From contig JAAWEL010000027.1 in assembly GCA_022794255.1 (NCBI GenBank), forward strand, positions 1,676 through 65,675: 64,000 nt of DNA. Direction: 5' to 3'. The notes under the pieces are model-generated. The model was not told where the DNA came from and did no database searches. It was given only the letters and a program-made list of their open reading frames with translations. Within the stretch, counting starts at the first letter, position 1; every line of letters begins with the position of its first letter. The DNA is from Lachnospiraceae bacterium. GTDB lineage: Bacteria > Bacillota > Clostridia > Lachnospirales > Lachnospiraceae. Position numbers and translations under genes: made by a program. Below are positions 10,979 through 21,187 of the stretch, piece after piece.

Positions 10979-11052
10979 GGACCTTTAGCTCAGTTGGTTA
11001 GAGCAACCGGCTCATAACCGGTCGGTCCTGGGTTCGAGTCCCCGAAGGTCCA
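10979..11052 (+). tRNA. tRNA with CAT anticodon, probably tRNA-Ile2 (lysidine type)
   Basis: GGACCTT/AAGGTCC acceptor and CTCATAA loop; the GGACCTTTAGCTCAG start resembles Firmicutes tRNA-Ile2 rather than tRNA-Met. Confidence 0.9.
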
Positions 11053-11085
11053 TTATTCGTTCTTTTTAACTGCATAAAGGTTTGT

Positions 11086-11159
11086 GGCCCGGTGGCTCAG
11101 CTGGTTAGAGCGCCGCCCTGTCACGGCGGAGGTCGTGGGTTCGAATCCCATCCGGGTCG
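11086..11159 (+). tRNA. tRNA-Asp (GTC)
   Basis: GGCCCGG/CCGGGTC acceptor, CCGCC-CTGTCAC-GGCGG anticodon arm. Confidence 0.97.
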
Positions 11160-11215
11160 TTATCTGATAAGACGCGCTAAAGGCGCGTTTTGTTGGGTGA
11201 AAAAGTGTGTCACAG

Positions 11216-11299
11216 GCGGGTATGGTGGAATAGGCAGACACAAGAGACTTAAAATCTCTCGGGAGCAATCCCGTGCCGGTTCAAGTCCGGCTACCCGCA
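11216..11299 (+). tRNA. tRNA-Leu (TAA)
   Basis: GCGGGTA/TACCCGC acceptor, CTTAAAA loop, long variable arm GGGA-GCAA-TCCC. Confidence 0.97.
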
Positions 11300-11305
11300 T
11301 TTCAG

Positions 11306-11342
11306 AGCGCGAAGTACAATGAAAATTGACTTCGCGCTTTTT
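11306..11342 (+). terminator. terminator of the tRNA operon
   Basis: agcgcgaagt...acttcgcgct followed by a T run. Confidence 0.8.
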
Positions 11343-11423
11343 GCTGTATTTTCTTCTATTGCCTGAAAAAATGATTTATGCTATTATTAAAAAACAAAAG
11401 ATCAGGAAGAAGAGGATCATACT

Positions 11424-12731
11424 ATGTACAAGATTGTTTCCAGGTTGTTAATTTATGGCGATATGCCCAAGGATACGATTCTGATGGAGCTGGCGGATAT
11501 TGTGCGGCGGATGGATGACGGGAGCCAGAAGAAAGAGGAGCTGATGACCCGGGTGTTTACCCAGATAAAGCATCTTTTGCAGGTGGCCACAGACTATGGA
11601 TTTGACAAGAATTTGTGGCATAATTATCTTACATTTCTTCTGATTACCAGTGAAAATCCCTTTAGTATCACATGTGAAAAGGTAGGGGCCAATGAGGGAA
11701 GCGTCAACGATTTTGCAAAAGGGGATTTCCGTGCTTTCAAACAGCTGTTTGCTTATGATTTTAACAGGCTGGAGGAGTTTTTAGGGGTGGATTGCTTTAG
11801 CAGGATTTCCAATTATCAGGCAATCGGCAAAAAGGAATTGATGTATAATAAGAATGTCAGCGAGAAGGTACAGGCCCTAAGCCTTCGCTTGGAGGAAGCA
11901 AGGGACGAAAATGAGTTTTTTGACTGCGTTACCGGATTTTACCGGGATTATGGAGTGGGGATGTTTGGCCTTAATAAGGCTTTTCGGATATCTTCCGGAG
12001 CGGACGGGCAGGTAGTGTTCCATGCCATTAACAATATGGAAGCAGTAATGTTGGAGGATTTAGTGGGCTATGAGATCCAAAAGAAAAAGCTGATCGATAA
12101 TACCATGGCTTTTGTCCAGGGAAGAAAAGCCAACAATGTGCTGCTGTTTGGAGACAGCGGTACGGGGAAATCCACCAGTGTGAAGGCAATCGTCAATGCC
12201 TTTTATCCTCAGGGCCTGCGGATGATTGAGATATATAAGCATCAGTTTAAAGACTTGTCGTCTGTGATTGCACAGATCAAGAACAGGAATTATAAATTTA
12301 TCATCTATATGGATGACCTTTCTTTTGAGGAGTTTGAGGTGGAGTATAAGTTTCTCAAAGCGGTTATTGAAGGCGGTGTGGAGACAAGGCCGGATAATAT
12401 TCTCATCTATGCCACATCGAACCGGCGCCATCTTATTAAAGAAAACTGGAGTGACCGGGATGATATGGAAAGCGGCAATGGATTGCACCGGTCGGATACC
12501 ATGGAGGAAAAATTGTCTCTGGTAAACCGGTTTGGCGTGACAATCAGCTATTCAAAGCCATCCCAAAAGGAGTATTTCCATATTGTGACCGAGCTGGCAA
12601 GGCGGGCCGGGATTGATATGGAGGAGAAGGAGCTTTGTGCAGAGGCAAATAAATGGGAGCTGAGTCATGGAGGGATCTCAGGAAGGACAGCGCAGCAGTT
12701 TGTGAATTATCTTTTGGGGAGAATTGTCTGA
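11424..12731 (+). CDS. AAA+ ATPase (DUF815-like)
   Basis: Walker A GDSGTGKST, Walker B IIYMDDLSF, YATSNRRHL, SGRTAQQF. Confidence 0.88.
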   Translation: MYKIVSRLLIYGDMPKDTILMELADIVRRMDDGSQKKEELMTRVFTQIKHLLQVATDYGFDKNLWHNYLTFLLITSENPFSITCEKVGANEGSVNDFAKGDFRAFKQLFAYDFNRLEEFLGVDCFSRISNYQAIGKKELMYNKNVSEKVQALSLRLEEARDENEFFDCVTGFYRDYGVGMFGLNKAFRISSGADGQVVFHAINNMEAVMLEDLVGYEIQKKKLIDNTMAFVQGRKANNVLLFGDSGTGKSTSVKAIVNAFYPQGLRMIEIYKHQFKDLSSVIAQIKNRNYKFIIYMDDLSFEEFEVEYKFLKAVIEGGVETRPDNILIYATSNRRHLIKENWSDRDDMESGNGLHRSDTMEEKLSLVNRFGVTISYSKPSQKEYFHIVTELARRAGIDMEEKELCAEANKWELSHGGISGRTAQQFVNYLLGRIV

Positions 12732-12781
12732 GGTGGGGCAAGAGGAATCGTTACGAGGAAAAGCCAATATGAAAAAAGTAG

Positions 12782-12810
12782 TTGACAAATTCGGAAAATA
12801 GGATTAGGAT
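12782..12810 (+). promoter_or_regulatory. sigmaA promoter upstream of the T-box leader
   Basis: TTGACA-N17-TAGGAT. Confidence 0.6.
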
Positions 12811-12865
12811 ATGTGTTGATTCGATCCGGTTTTTGGATGATAAGTATGGGAGAAATTATAAAAGA

Positions 12866-13127
12866 AACCGTTGAAAAAGAGGAGTAGGCATTTTTCGGAA
12901 ATTACAGAGAGCCGCAGGCGGTGGGATTGCGGTATGGATGAATTTGCTGAATGGACTTTTGAGGGCAGTTCTGAAATGAGAAAAGTAGGGACTGACGGAG
13001 ACCACAACCGTTATCTGGTGGCGTATATGTCAGTATACGAGAAAAGTGGGCTTATGCCAATTTTGAGTGGTACCGCGGACAATCGTTCGTCTCAGATGCA
13101 GGAAACTGTGTCTGGGGCGTTTTTTTG
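12866..13127 (+). promoter_or_regulatory. T-box riboswitch, Trp (UGG) specifier
   Basis: Stem I with AGTA, AGAGA and GGTG boxes; specifier loop GAA-TGG-A at about 12949-12955; stem II AGTA; CCGTTA; T-box GAGTGGTACCGCG (13065-13077); terminator cgtctcaga...tctggggcg-ttttttt. Confidence 0.92.
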
Positions 13128-13290
13128 TTTTGTGGGACATACAGGTTTGGAGCTTTATTTCCTGAAAAGTGACCTTCGCTCCGGGCCAAAAAAGGAATGC
13201 ACGTTTATTTTATCGTAAAAAAACCAGACTAAAAGCAGTGGGAAGAATGTTTGAGAAATGGAGTTTCACGATTCAAGAAGGAGGAAAAAT

Positions 13291-14403
13291 ATGAAAAAGA
13301 GTGTGAAGATGGCAGCGGCAGCGGTTATGGCAGCAGTGATGATGGCAGGATGTTCTTCGGGAAACACGACCAATAACACCACGGCAAACGGGGGAGAAGG
13401 GAAGGATGCCCTTGGCATGGCAGGGACAGAGGCTGCAGCAGGGGAGGATTCTAACAAGGGAGGGGAACAGGATGGCGGGTCAGCAGACTCCTATGTGATC
13501 GGCATCGGTCAGTTTGCGGAGCATGGATCTTTAGACAACTGCCGGGAGGGATTTTTGAAGGGTCTGGCGGAGGAAGGGATTTTTGAAGGGCAGAATCTTA
13601 CGATCCTTTATGAAAATGCTCAGACTGACGGGGGAACAGCCAGTCAGATCATGGCGAATTTCCTGGCAAAGGATGTAGATATGATCTGTGCGATTGCCAC
13701 ACCGATTGCCCAGAGCGCATACAGTGCAGCCAGGGACACCGGTGTGCCGGTTATCTATACAGCGGTGACGGATCCGGTTTTGGCAGAATTGGCAAAGGAG
13801 GATAAAACCCCGGTGGGAGAGATCACGGGAACCAGTGACAAGCTTCCGGTGGAGAAACAGCTAGAGATGATCCGGGTCCTGCTGCCGGATGCAAAAACGA
13901 TTGGTATTTTGTACAGTACCAGTGAGATCAATTCAGTATCTGCCATTGAGGAGTACAAGGCTGCTGCTGATGATTATGGGTTTGAGATTGTGGAAAGTGG
14001 GATTTCGGGAACAGCAGATATTCCTCTGGCGACTGACAGCCTTTTAGAAAAGGTGGACTGTCTAAGCAACCTGACAGACAATACGGTGGTCAGTGTGCTT
14101 CCCATGATCCTGGATAAGGCAGCAAAAAAGAACATTCCAGTGTTCGGAAGTGAGGTGGAGCAGGTGAAAATCGGCTGTCTGGCCACTGTGGGTCTGGACT
14201 ATGTGGATCTTGGGGCTCAGACAGGACGGATGGCGGCTCAGGTGCTGAAAGGGGAGAAAAAGGCCGGGGAGATGAAATTTGAGGTGATTACCGAAGCTTC
14301 CTTTTACGGCAATACCAAGGTGGCAGAGAATCTGGGGGTGGTCATTCCCCAGGAGCTAATATCCTCGGCAGCAGAGCTTTTTGACAAGATTGAAGCAGAG
14401 TAA
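13291..14403 (+). CDS. ABC transporter substrate-binding lipoprotein (TrpX-like, probable aromatic amino acid/Trp)
   Basis: Lipobox MAGC; QFAEHGSLD, AIATP and AVTDP motifs; under a Trp T-box. Confidence 0.88.
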   Translation: MKKSVKMAAAAVMAAVMMAGCSSGNTTNNTTANGGEGKDALGMAGTEAAAGEDSNKGGEQDGGSADSYVIGIGQFAEHGSLDNCREGFLKGLAEEGIFEGQNLTILYENAQTDGGTASQIMANFLAKDVDMICAIATPIAQSAYSAARDTGVPVIYTAVTDPVLAELAKEDKTPVGEITGTSDKLPVEKQLEMIRVLLPDAKTIGILYSTSEINSVSAIEEYKAAADDYGFEIVESGISGTADIPLATDSLLEKVDCLSNLTDNTVVSVLPMILDKAAKKNIPVFGSEVEQVKIGCLATVGLDYVDLGAQTGRMAAQVLKGEKKAGEMKFEVITEASFYGNTKVAENLGVVIPQELISSAAELFDKIEAE

Positions 14404-14417
14404 GTCAGGAGGATACT

Positions 14418-15356
14418 ATGTCAATCATTATTGGAATTTTAGAGGAGGGGCTGATTTACGCGATTCTGGCCCTGGGGGTTTACATTACCTACAAGATTCT
14501 GGATTTTCCGGATCTGTCTGTGGACGGCACGTTTCCAATGGGGGCGGCAGTTACGGCTATGCTGATTATGAAGGGAGTCCCTCCTCTTCTCACTTTGTTT
14601 TTGGCATTTCTGGCAGGGGCATTGGCCGGATGTGTGACGGGATTTATCCATGTAAAGCTGCGGGTACGAGATCTTTTGTCCGGTATTATCATGATGACAG
14701 CGCTATATTCCCTGAACCTGAGGATCGCCGGGAAGGCTAACCTGCCTATCTTCAGCAAGGATACGATCTTTGACAACGGATTTTTGGAACAGGTGGTGCC
14801 AGAGCCGGTAAAGCCTTATCTGGTGGTATTGATTCTGCTTCTGATCACGATAGTGTGCAAGATATTGCTGGATCTGTACCTGAATACCCGGTCCGGATAT
14901 CTTTTGCGGGCTGTAGGAGACAATGAGGTTCTGGTCACATCCCTGGCCAGGGATAAGGGGATGGTGAAGCTGGCAGGACTGGCTGTTGCCAATGGCTTTG
15001 TGGCTCTGGCAGGTTGCGTATATTGTCAGCAAAAGGGATTTTTTGAAATCAGCACAGGAACGGGAGCGATTGTGATTGGTCTTGCCAATGTGATTATTGG
15101 GACAAAGCTGTTTAAAAATTTTCATTGGTTTTTTGGGCGTGTGAAAGGGGATAAGGGCAAAGAGATAAAACCGCGGGACGGACTTCGGGCCACCACGGCG
15201 GTCATTCTGGGCTCCTTGGTATACAGGAGCTGTGTGGCTTTGGCTATTTCCCTGGGAATGGCCGCATCGGATTTAAAACTGGTGACAGCTGTTTTGTTCC
15301 TTATTATCCTGGTTTTAAGCAGCAAGAAGGGAAAGAAGGTAAATGGCCATGCTTGA
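14418..15356 (+). CDS. ABC transporter permease (TrpY-like)
   Basis: Multiple TM segments; ILDFPDLSVDGTF motif. Confidence 0.88.
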   Translation: MSIIIGILEEGLIYAILALGVYITYKILDFPDLSVDGTFPMGAAVTAMLIMKGVPPLLTLFLAFLAGALAGCVTGFIHVKLRVRDLLSGIIMMTALYSLNLRIAGKANLPIFSKDTIFDNGFLEQVVPEPVKPYLVVLILLLITIVCKILLDLYLNTRSGYLLRAVGDNEVLVTSLARDKGMVKLAGLAVANGFVALAGCVYCQQKGFFEISTGTGAIVIGLANVIIGTKLFKNFHWFFGRVKGDKGKEIKPRDGLRATTAVILGSLVYRSCVALAISLGMAASDLKLVTAVLFLIILVLSSKKGKKVNGHA

Positions 15357-16122
15357 GCTGAATCATATTGAGAAATATTACAATGCAGGAACAGTCCATG
15401 AGATGTGTATGTTTCATGATTTTTCTATGAAAATAGCAAAAGGACAGTTTGTGTCAGTGGTGGGGAGCAATGGGTCAGGAAAAACCTCTCTGCTGAACAT
15501 CATCTGCGGAAGTATTCCATTGGACGGGGGGAATATTCTGATAAACGGCAGGGATATCACCCGCATGCCTGAGTATCAGAGGCAGAGGCGCATTGGACGG
15601 GTGTACCAGAATCCGGCTATGGGGACCTGTCCTAGTATGACGATTCTGGAAAATATGTCCCTGGCGGATAATAAGGGAAAGGCCTTTAATCTGCGAAGGG
15701 GAACGGATAAAAGGCGGATTGATTTTTACAGAGAACAGCTTCGCTTTTTGGGACTGGGACTGGAGGATAAGCTTCATGTAAAGGTGGGGGTTCTGTCCGG
15801 CGGACAGCGGCAGGCAATGGCTCTTTTGATGTCAACCATGACCAAGATTGAATTTCTTATTTTGGATGAACACACAGCAGCCCTGGATCCCAAGACGGCA
15901 GAGCTTATCATGGAACTGACAGGGCGAGTGGTAAAAGAGAAGAAGCTTACTACGATTATGGTGACGCACAATCTGCGGTATGCGGTGGAGTATGGGGACC
16001 GGCTGGTGATGATGCATCAGGGCCAGGCAATTATAGATGAGGCGGGAGAGGCAAAGAGGGCCATCCAAACCAAGGATATTTTGGATAAATTTAACGAAAT
16101 TAGCATTGAATGCGGAAATTAA
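15349..16122 (+). CDS. ABC transporter ATP-binding protein (TrpZ-like)
   Basis: GSNGSGKT, LSGGQRQ, LILDEHTAALDP. Confidence 0.92.
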   Translation: MLELNHIEKYYNAGTVHEMCMFHDFSMKIAKGQFVSVVGSNGSGKTSLLNIICGSIPLDGGNILINGRDITRMPEYQRQRRIGRVYQNPAMGTCPSMTILENMSLADNKGKAFNLRRGTDKRRIDFYREQLRFLGLGLEDKLHVKVGVLSGGQRQAMALLMSTMTKIEFLILDEHTAALDPKTAELIMELTGRVVKEKKLTTIMVTHNLRYAVEYGDRLVMMHQGQAIIDEAGEAKRAIQTKDILDKFNEISIECGN

Positions 16123-16282
16123 TTGTAACTTATTTGGAAAATTTAGAATAGTTTTATAAACAAAACGCATTTCTTATGGTATACTAATTATTTAAGAGGA
16201 ACATAACCTTTTGTGAATCGTGCTTGGTTGTGGTAAAAGTTCTCTTCTTGATAATCATCTGCCGGAAAGGAGTGCGTTTTTT

Positions 16283-17395
16283 ATGAAGATGCGGAGCCGG
16301 TTGCTGATCGCATTTCTGACCTTCAGTATTTTGCCCATTATATTTGCTGGAATGCTGATTTCCATGAATAAGCTTTTTTTACTGTACCGGTTTGATGATT
16401 TCGAGCCGGAGGTCAAGAGCATGGTGGTTCAGATGCTGGTGTCAGGGGTGTTTATGCTGGTATTTATCTCAGCGGCTCTGACCATGTGGGTCTACCGTTC
16501 GGTGGTGCAGCCAGTAAGCAAGCTTCAGGAGGCTGTCCGCAAGATTCGGGATGGGGATTTGGATTTTACCATGGATGTGGAGGATGATGATGAGATCGGA
16601 CAGCTTTGTCAGGACTTTGAGGAGATGCGTATGCGCTTAAAGGAAAATGCGGAGGGGAAGATCCAGGATGATTTGGAGAGCAAGGAGCTGATCAGTAATA
16701 TTTCCCATGATTTAAAGACTCCTATCACAGCTATCAAAGGCTATGTGGAGGGGATTATGGATGGGGTGGCTTCCTCACCAGAGAAGCTGGACAAATATAT
16801 CCGTACCATTTACAACAAGGCGAATGATATGGACCGTCTGATCGATGAGCTGACCTTCTACTCTAAGATCGACACGAACAAGATTCCCTATGCCTTTTCC
16901 AAGATCAATGTAGGTGGATATTTTCGGGACTGTGCTGAGGAGGTTGGCTTAGACATGGAGTCCCGGGGTATTGAGTTTGGATATTTTAACTATGTAAGTG
17001 ACGATGTGACGGTGATTGCGGATGCGGAGCAGATGAAACGGGTGATTAACAACATTATCGGCAATTCGGTTAAATATATGGACAAGGATCGGGGGATTCT
17101 TAATATCCGGATCAAGGATGTGGGAGATTTTGTTCAGGTGGAGATTGAGGATAACGGGCGGGGGATTGCTCCAAAGGATCTGCCCAATATCTTTGATCGT
17201 TTTTACCGGACTGATTCCTCCCGCAATTCCTCTCAGGGAGGAAGCGGGATTGGCCTATCCATTGTGCGCAAGATTATTGAGGATCATGGAGGGCGGATCT
17301 GGGCTACCAGCAAGGAGGGAATGGGTACAGAGATGCATTTTGTTTTGAGAAAATATCAGGAGGTTTTACAGCATGAGCAGGATACTGATCATTGA
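16283..17395 (+). CDS. HAMP-domain sensor histidine kinase
   Basis: Two TM segments, HAMP domain, ISHDLKTP H-box, N, G1, F and G2 boxes. Confidence 0.95.
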   Translation: MKMRSRLLIAFLTFSILPIIFAGMLISMNKLFLLYRFDDFEPEVKSMVVQMLVSGVFMLVFISAALTMWVYRSVVQPVSKLQEAVRKIRDGDLDFTMDVEDDDEIGQLCQDFEEMRMRLKENAEGKIQDDLESKELISNISHDLKTPITAIKGYVEGIMDGVASSPEKLDKYIRTIYNKANDMDRLIDELTFYSKIDTNKIPYAFSKINVGGYFRDCAEEVGLDMESRGIEFGYFNYVSDDVTVIADAEQMKRVINNIIGNSVKYMDKDRGILNIRIKDVGDFVQVEIEDNGRGIAPKDLPNIFDRFYRTDSSRNSSQGGSGIGLSIVRKIIEDHGGRIWATSKEGMGTEMHFVLRKYQEVLQHEQDTDH

Positions 17396-18062
17396 GGATG
17401 AGACCAGCATTGCGGAGCTGGAGCGGGACTATCTGGAACTGAGTGATTTTGAGGTGGAGCTGGAGGAGGACGGCCTGAAAGGCCTGGAACGTGCTCTGAA
17501 TGAGGATTTTGACCTGATGATTCTGGACCTGATGCTGCCAGGAATGGATGGATTTGAGATATGCAAAAAGTTTCGGGAGGTAAAGAACACACCGATCATT
17601 ATTATCTCCGCCAAGAAGGAGGATATTGACAAGATCCGCGGCCTGGGATTAGGGGCTGATGACTATATGACAAAACCTTTTAGTCCCAGTGAGATGGTGG
17701 CCCGGGTGAAAGCGCACTTAGCCAGGTATGAAAGGCTGATCGGCAGCGGAAGCCCGGAGAATGAATTGATCGAGATCCGCGGGTTAAAGATTGATAAGAC
17801 AGCACGCCGGGTATGGATCAACGGGGAAGAGAAAAATTTCACCACAAAGGAATTTGACCTTCTCACATTCCTTGCGCAAAATCCCAATCATGTATATACC
17901 AAAGAGGAACTGTTTTCTAAGATCTGGGATATGGAATCCATTGGGGACATTGCTACGGTGACTGTTCATATCAAAAAGATCCGGGAGAAGATTGAGTTCA
18001 ACACTGCCAAACCTCAGTATATTGAGACTATATGGGGGGTGGGATACCGGTTTAAGGTGTAA
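17373..18062 (+). CDS. OmpR-family response regulator
   Basis: ILDLMLP receiver, GADDYMTKPF, IETIWGVGYRF winged helix. Confidence 0.95.
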   Translation: MSRILIIEDETSIAELERDYLELSDFEVELEEDGLKGLERALNEDFDLMILDLMLPGMDGFEICKKFREVKNTPIIIISAKKEDIDKIRGLGLGADDYMTKPFSPSEMVARVKAHLARYERLIGSGSPENELIEIRGLKIDKTARRVWINGEEKNFTTKEFDLLTFLAQNPNHVYTKEELFSKIWDMESIGDIATVTVHIKKIREKIEFNTAKPQYIETIWGVGYRFKV

Positions 18063-18106
18063 AGAAGATTTTAAAACTTTTATTTATAGGACAGGAGGGA
18101 GCTATT

Positions 18107-18841
18107 ATGGTATTTGAACCAGATGATAAGCTGAAGCAGAAAATGTCCAAAAACGGCAGTGTGCTTCGGTATATGTACTGTGTGGCAGGAGCAGGAAAGG
18201 GACTGGCTGCCATGGGAGGAATGCTGATTTTTATTGGTATATTGCTGGCTGCTGCGCTTTTTAATGTTATGGGAATTGAGAGAGTTATAAGATTGGCGGT
18301 TGCAATTGTAGTTTCTGGTATTTTGTTGATTGTACTGGGATGTTTTATGCAGCAAAAAAGAGGAAATGGCTGGGTAGATGGATACAGAAAGAGAAGCTCA
18401 TTAACAGCGGAGGATTTGCATCAGGCAGACCAGGAATTTAAGCAGCCTGGGACCATTCTGTTTTCTCTGGATAAAGGCAAGGATAGTAACAGCTTAAAAA
18501 GAATGGGATTTATCACAGCGAATTATGTCAAATTTCCGGGACCAAAGCCCTCTATTTTTCGGTTGGAGGATATAGTAACATGTTTGTATACAAAGAAAAT
18601 GCTATGTGCGGACGGAGGTTATGAACGGGCGCTGATTGCCTATGGGGTGGATGGGGAATGGGGATTTCTTTACACCAGCCCGCCGGAGAAGGCCAGTTTA
18701 GAGATTGTGAAAACCATTGGAGAGCACAATCCCAGAATCATTACAGATCATCACTTTGTATATGAAGGAAAAGAATATGATGCGGTGCAGGAGGTGGATA
18801 AAGTCATTGCTCTTCATAAGCAGGTTTATGGGAAAAGATAA
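18107..18841 (+). CDS. hypothetical membrane protein (2 TM)
   Basis: 244-aa ORF, GGAGGG RBS, two hydrophobic helices. Confidence 0.7.
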   Translation: MVFEPDDKLKQKMSKNGSVLRYMYCVAGAGKGLAAMGGMLIFIGILLAAALFNVMGIERVIRLAVAIVVSGILLIVLGCFMQQKRGNGWVDGYRKRSSLTAEDLHQADQEFKQPGTILFSLDKGKDSNSLKRMGFITANYVKFPGPKPSIFRLEDIVTCLYTKKMLCADGGYERALIAYGVDGEWGFLYTSPPEKASLEIVKTIGEHNPRIITDHHFVYEGKEYDAVQEVDKVIALHKQVYGKR

Positions 18842-18903
18842 CCGTTTGTTTTATTGAGCATCAGTGTGATAAGGGTTAGAAAAATTTAGGAGATCGGGTT
18901 GAA

Positions 18904-19275
18904 ATGACAGAATTAACATGCCCTTTTTGTGGAGGAAAGCTGGAGCCTGATAAGAAAAATTCAAATATAGAGATATGCAATCCATGTAATAAAAAGTACA
19001 TTGTTGAATGTATTTATTCTCAGGCTACAGGAGAAAACAGAATTGAGTTAAGGCTTGTCCCGGAAAAGATGGCCTATGAGCCAGTGGAAAAGAAGGAGTC
19101 CAAGAAAACTGGCTGGGAGCCTTATGGATGGAAAAGAGGAGTGGCTTTGGTGATCTTGTTTTTTGTGCTGATGGGGATGATGTATGGACCAAAGGTATAT
19201 CAGCGCTATCAGATGGACCACGGAGGGATGCAAACAGAGGCCGGACAAGAGGACGTACCCATCCGCGAACCATAA
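18904..19275 (+). CDS. zinc-ribbon membrane protein, hypothetical
   Basis: CPFC...CNPC zinc ribbon plus one TM helix. Confidence 0.65.
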   Translation: MTELTCPFCGGKLEPDKKNSNIEICNPCNKKYIVECIYSQATGENRIELRLVPEKMAYEPVEKKESKKTGWEPYGWKRGVALVILFFVLMGMMYGPKVYQRYQMDHGGMQTEAGQEDVPIREP

Positions 19276-19364
19276 TCTTTCTTGCATCCAGTGAAGCAGG
19301 ATCTGCTATGATTATAAGTACATAACCACTAAAAAGTTGAGAGTGAAATATATATTGTAAAATA

Positions 19365-19393
19365 TTGCTTATTTTATCCAAAAGGCGTATAAT
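19365..19393 (+). promoter_or_regulatory. sigmaA-type promoter
   Basis: TTGCTT-N17-TATAAT upstream of the HAD gene. Confidence 0.55.
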
Positions 19394-19506
19394 GGGAATG
19401 TTCGTCTGACAATTATCGGAAAACCGAGGCAGAGGGGTGTGTAACAAGATAAATGGGAAGTGGTATACAGACAGGCAGAAAATAGCCTGAGAGAAAGGGT
19501 AGAGGT

Positions 19507-20304
19507 ATGGAAAAGGAACAGGTACTTAGGGAGACAGAACTTTTTGTGCTGGATATGGATGGAACGTTTTATCTGGGAGACCAGATCCTTTTGGGAGCTT
19601 TGGAATTTCTGGAACAAGTAAAAAGGCTGGGAAAACGGTTTGTGTTTTTTACAAACAATTCATCCAGATCACCGAGGGAGTATATTGACAAGTTAGCCCG
19701 CATGGATTGTAAGATCACAAGGCAGCAAATTATTACTTCGGGAGATGTAATGATTCGGTATCTGAAGCATTTCTATCCAGGAAAATCCATATATCTGTTA
19801 GGAACACCTGCCCTGGAGGAGAATTTTCGGGAAAATGGGATTATTCTGACACAAGATATGCCGGATGCGGTGGTGGTGGGGTTTGATATGACCCTTACTT
19901 ATGAAAAGCTGGAACGGGCCTGCACGTATATTCGGAACGGGGCGGATTTTCTTGCCACGCATCTGGATATTAACTGTCCTACAAAAGACGGATTTATTCC
20001 GGATTGCGGCGCCATGTGTGCCTGTATTGGTCTGTCAACAGGCAAAGAGCCTAAATATGTGGGAAAGCCTTTTGGGGAGACTGTGGATATGGTGCTGGAT
20101 CTGACAAGAGCAAAGCGAGAGCAGGTAGCTTTTGTGGGAGATCGGCTGTATACAGATGTTAAGACAGGAGTTGCCCATGGAGCCAGGGGGATTTTAGTGC
20201 TTTCCGGTGAGGCCACTCTGGAAGATGTTGCAGATTCGGATGTAAAGCCAGATGCAATATTTGCCGGATTGGGAGAGATGGGAGAGATTCTGAAGGGATT
20301 TTAG
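19507..20304 (+). CDS. HAD-IIA family hydrolase (NagD-like)
   Basis: LDMDGT, FTNNS, GKP and VGDRLYTD motifs. Confidence 0.92.
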   Translation: MEKEQVLRETELFVLDMDGTFYLGDQILLGALEFLEQVKRLGKRFVFFTNNSSRSPREYIDKLARMDCKITRQQIITSGDVMIRYLKHFYPGKSIYLLGTPALEENFRENGIILTQDMPDAVVVGFDMTLTYEKLERACTYIRNGADFLATHLDINCPTKDGFIPDCGAMCACIGLSTGKEPKYVGKPFGETVDMVLDLTRAKREQVAFVGDRLYTDVKTGVAHGARGILVLSGEATLEDVADSDVKPDAIFAGLGEMGEILKGF

Positions 20305-20481
20305 GCAATGCTGTGCCGGATAAGAGACAGCAGACGGATCCGAACAGAATTTTCAGACAGACGAATTTGCGACATGCAGAAAACAAAGCAGGAAAAACAA
20401 AAGATAAGCTGTGACAGCCGGAAAATACAAGGAAGCTGAAAAACAGGAGAATGAAAAACGGTTAAAGAGGAGGATCGGGAA

Positions 20482-21084
20482 ATGATTGAGAAGTTAGCGG
20501 ATATGGTGGGAGTGACCCCCCAGGTATTTATCATTACAATTGCTATTTTGGTAGTGATGTTCATTATTATCTGGATTAAGATCACTTTGGATGAAAAGAA
20601 GGGGGTTAACAGCCAGGAGAAAGAAGATATCCGCAAAATCATTACCAATTTGGTTCCCAACGGGGATCAATACACAGCCGCCTATGCCCACAGCAAAGAG
20701 GTATATGGCACGGCACGGATGCGGCGGGAAGTGTATCACTACTATGCGGTAGGCTTTAAGATGGATCAGCCGAATCATTTGTGGGTGGTACCGATCGGTG
20801 TGGAGGGCGGAAAGATCGTCTATACGGAGCCGATCAAGGCAAGCTCAGAGAATGTTAATTATGTAGGCGGCAACAGCGCACAGCTGCAGCTTCATTTTCC
20901 GGGCGGCAAGAACAATGTATATCTGATCACGGTGGATAGTAGCAACACAAAACTGGGAAAAGAGTGTCAGGTAAATATTCAGCAGCCGGAGGAGGCCAAG
21001 GCTTTTAAGGAATTTGCAGAAAAATTCCAGGCAGCGGTTAATGCTGAGCGTGGTGTGGATAAGAAAGGACGGGTAGTCAGATAA
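20482..21084 (+). CDS. hypothetical protein with N-terminal TM helix
   Basis: 200-aa ORF with GAGGAGG RBS. Confidence 0.7.
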   Translation: MIEKLADMVGVTPQVFIITIAILVVMFIIIWIKITLDEKKGVNSQEKEDIRKIITNLVPNGDQYTAAYAHSKEVYGTARMRREVYHYYAVGFKMDQPNHLWVVPIGVEGGKIVYTEPIKASSENVNYVGGNSAQLQLHFPGGKNNVYLITVDSSNTKLGKECQVNIQQPEEAKAFKEFAEKFQAAVNAERGVDKKGRVVR

Positions 21085-21088
21085 ATTG

Positions 21089-21124
21089 ATTCCGGGCTGA
21101 TCCTAATGCTGATTGGCCCGGAAT
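21089..21124 (+). terminator. hairpin, probable terminator
   Basis: attccgggctgatc-N8-gattggcccggaat. Confidence 0.6.
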
Positions 21125-21187
21125 TTGTCTGATATTCTGTTTTATATAGAGATTTTTATGGAAGAATGGCTCAAGGAGGGACGAGAA

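Noticed and set aside
10792-11299. tRNA cluster as the island integration site
   Set aside because: No duplicated tRNA 3' end was seen near the remnant or island, which begin more than 10 kb away.
11053-11322. Short ORFs at 11053-11268 and 11092-11322
   Set aside because: They overlap tRNA-Asp and tRNA-Leu and are spurious.
12871-13218. 115-aa ORF upstream of the ABC operon
   Set aside because: It coincides with the T-box leader RNA.
20348-20362. CodY box AATTTTCAGACAGAC
   Set aside because: Only the first 10 of 15 consensus positions match contiguously; insufficient without conservation data.
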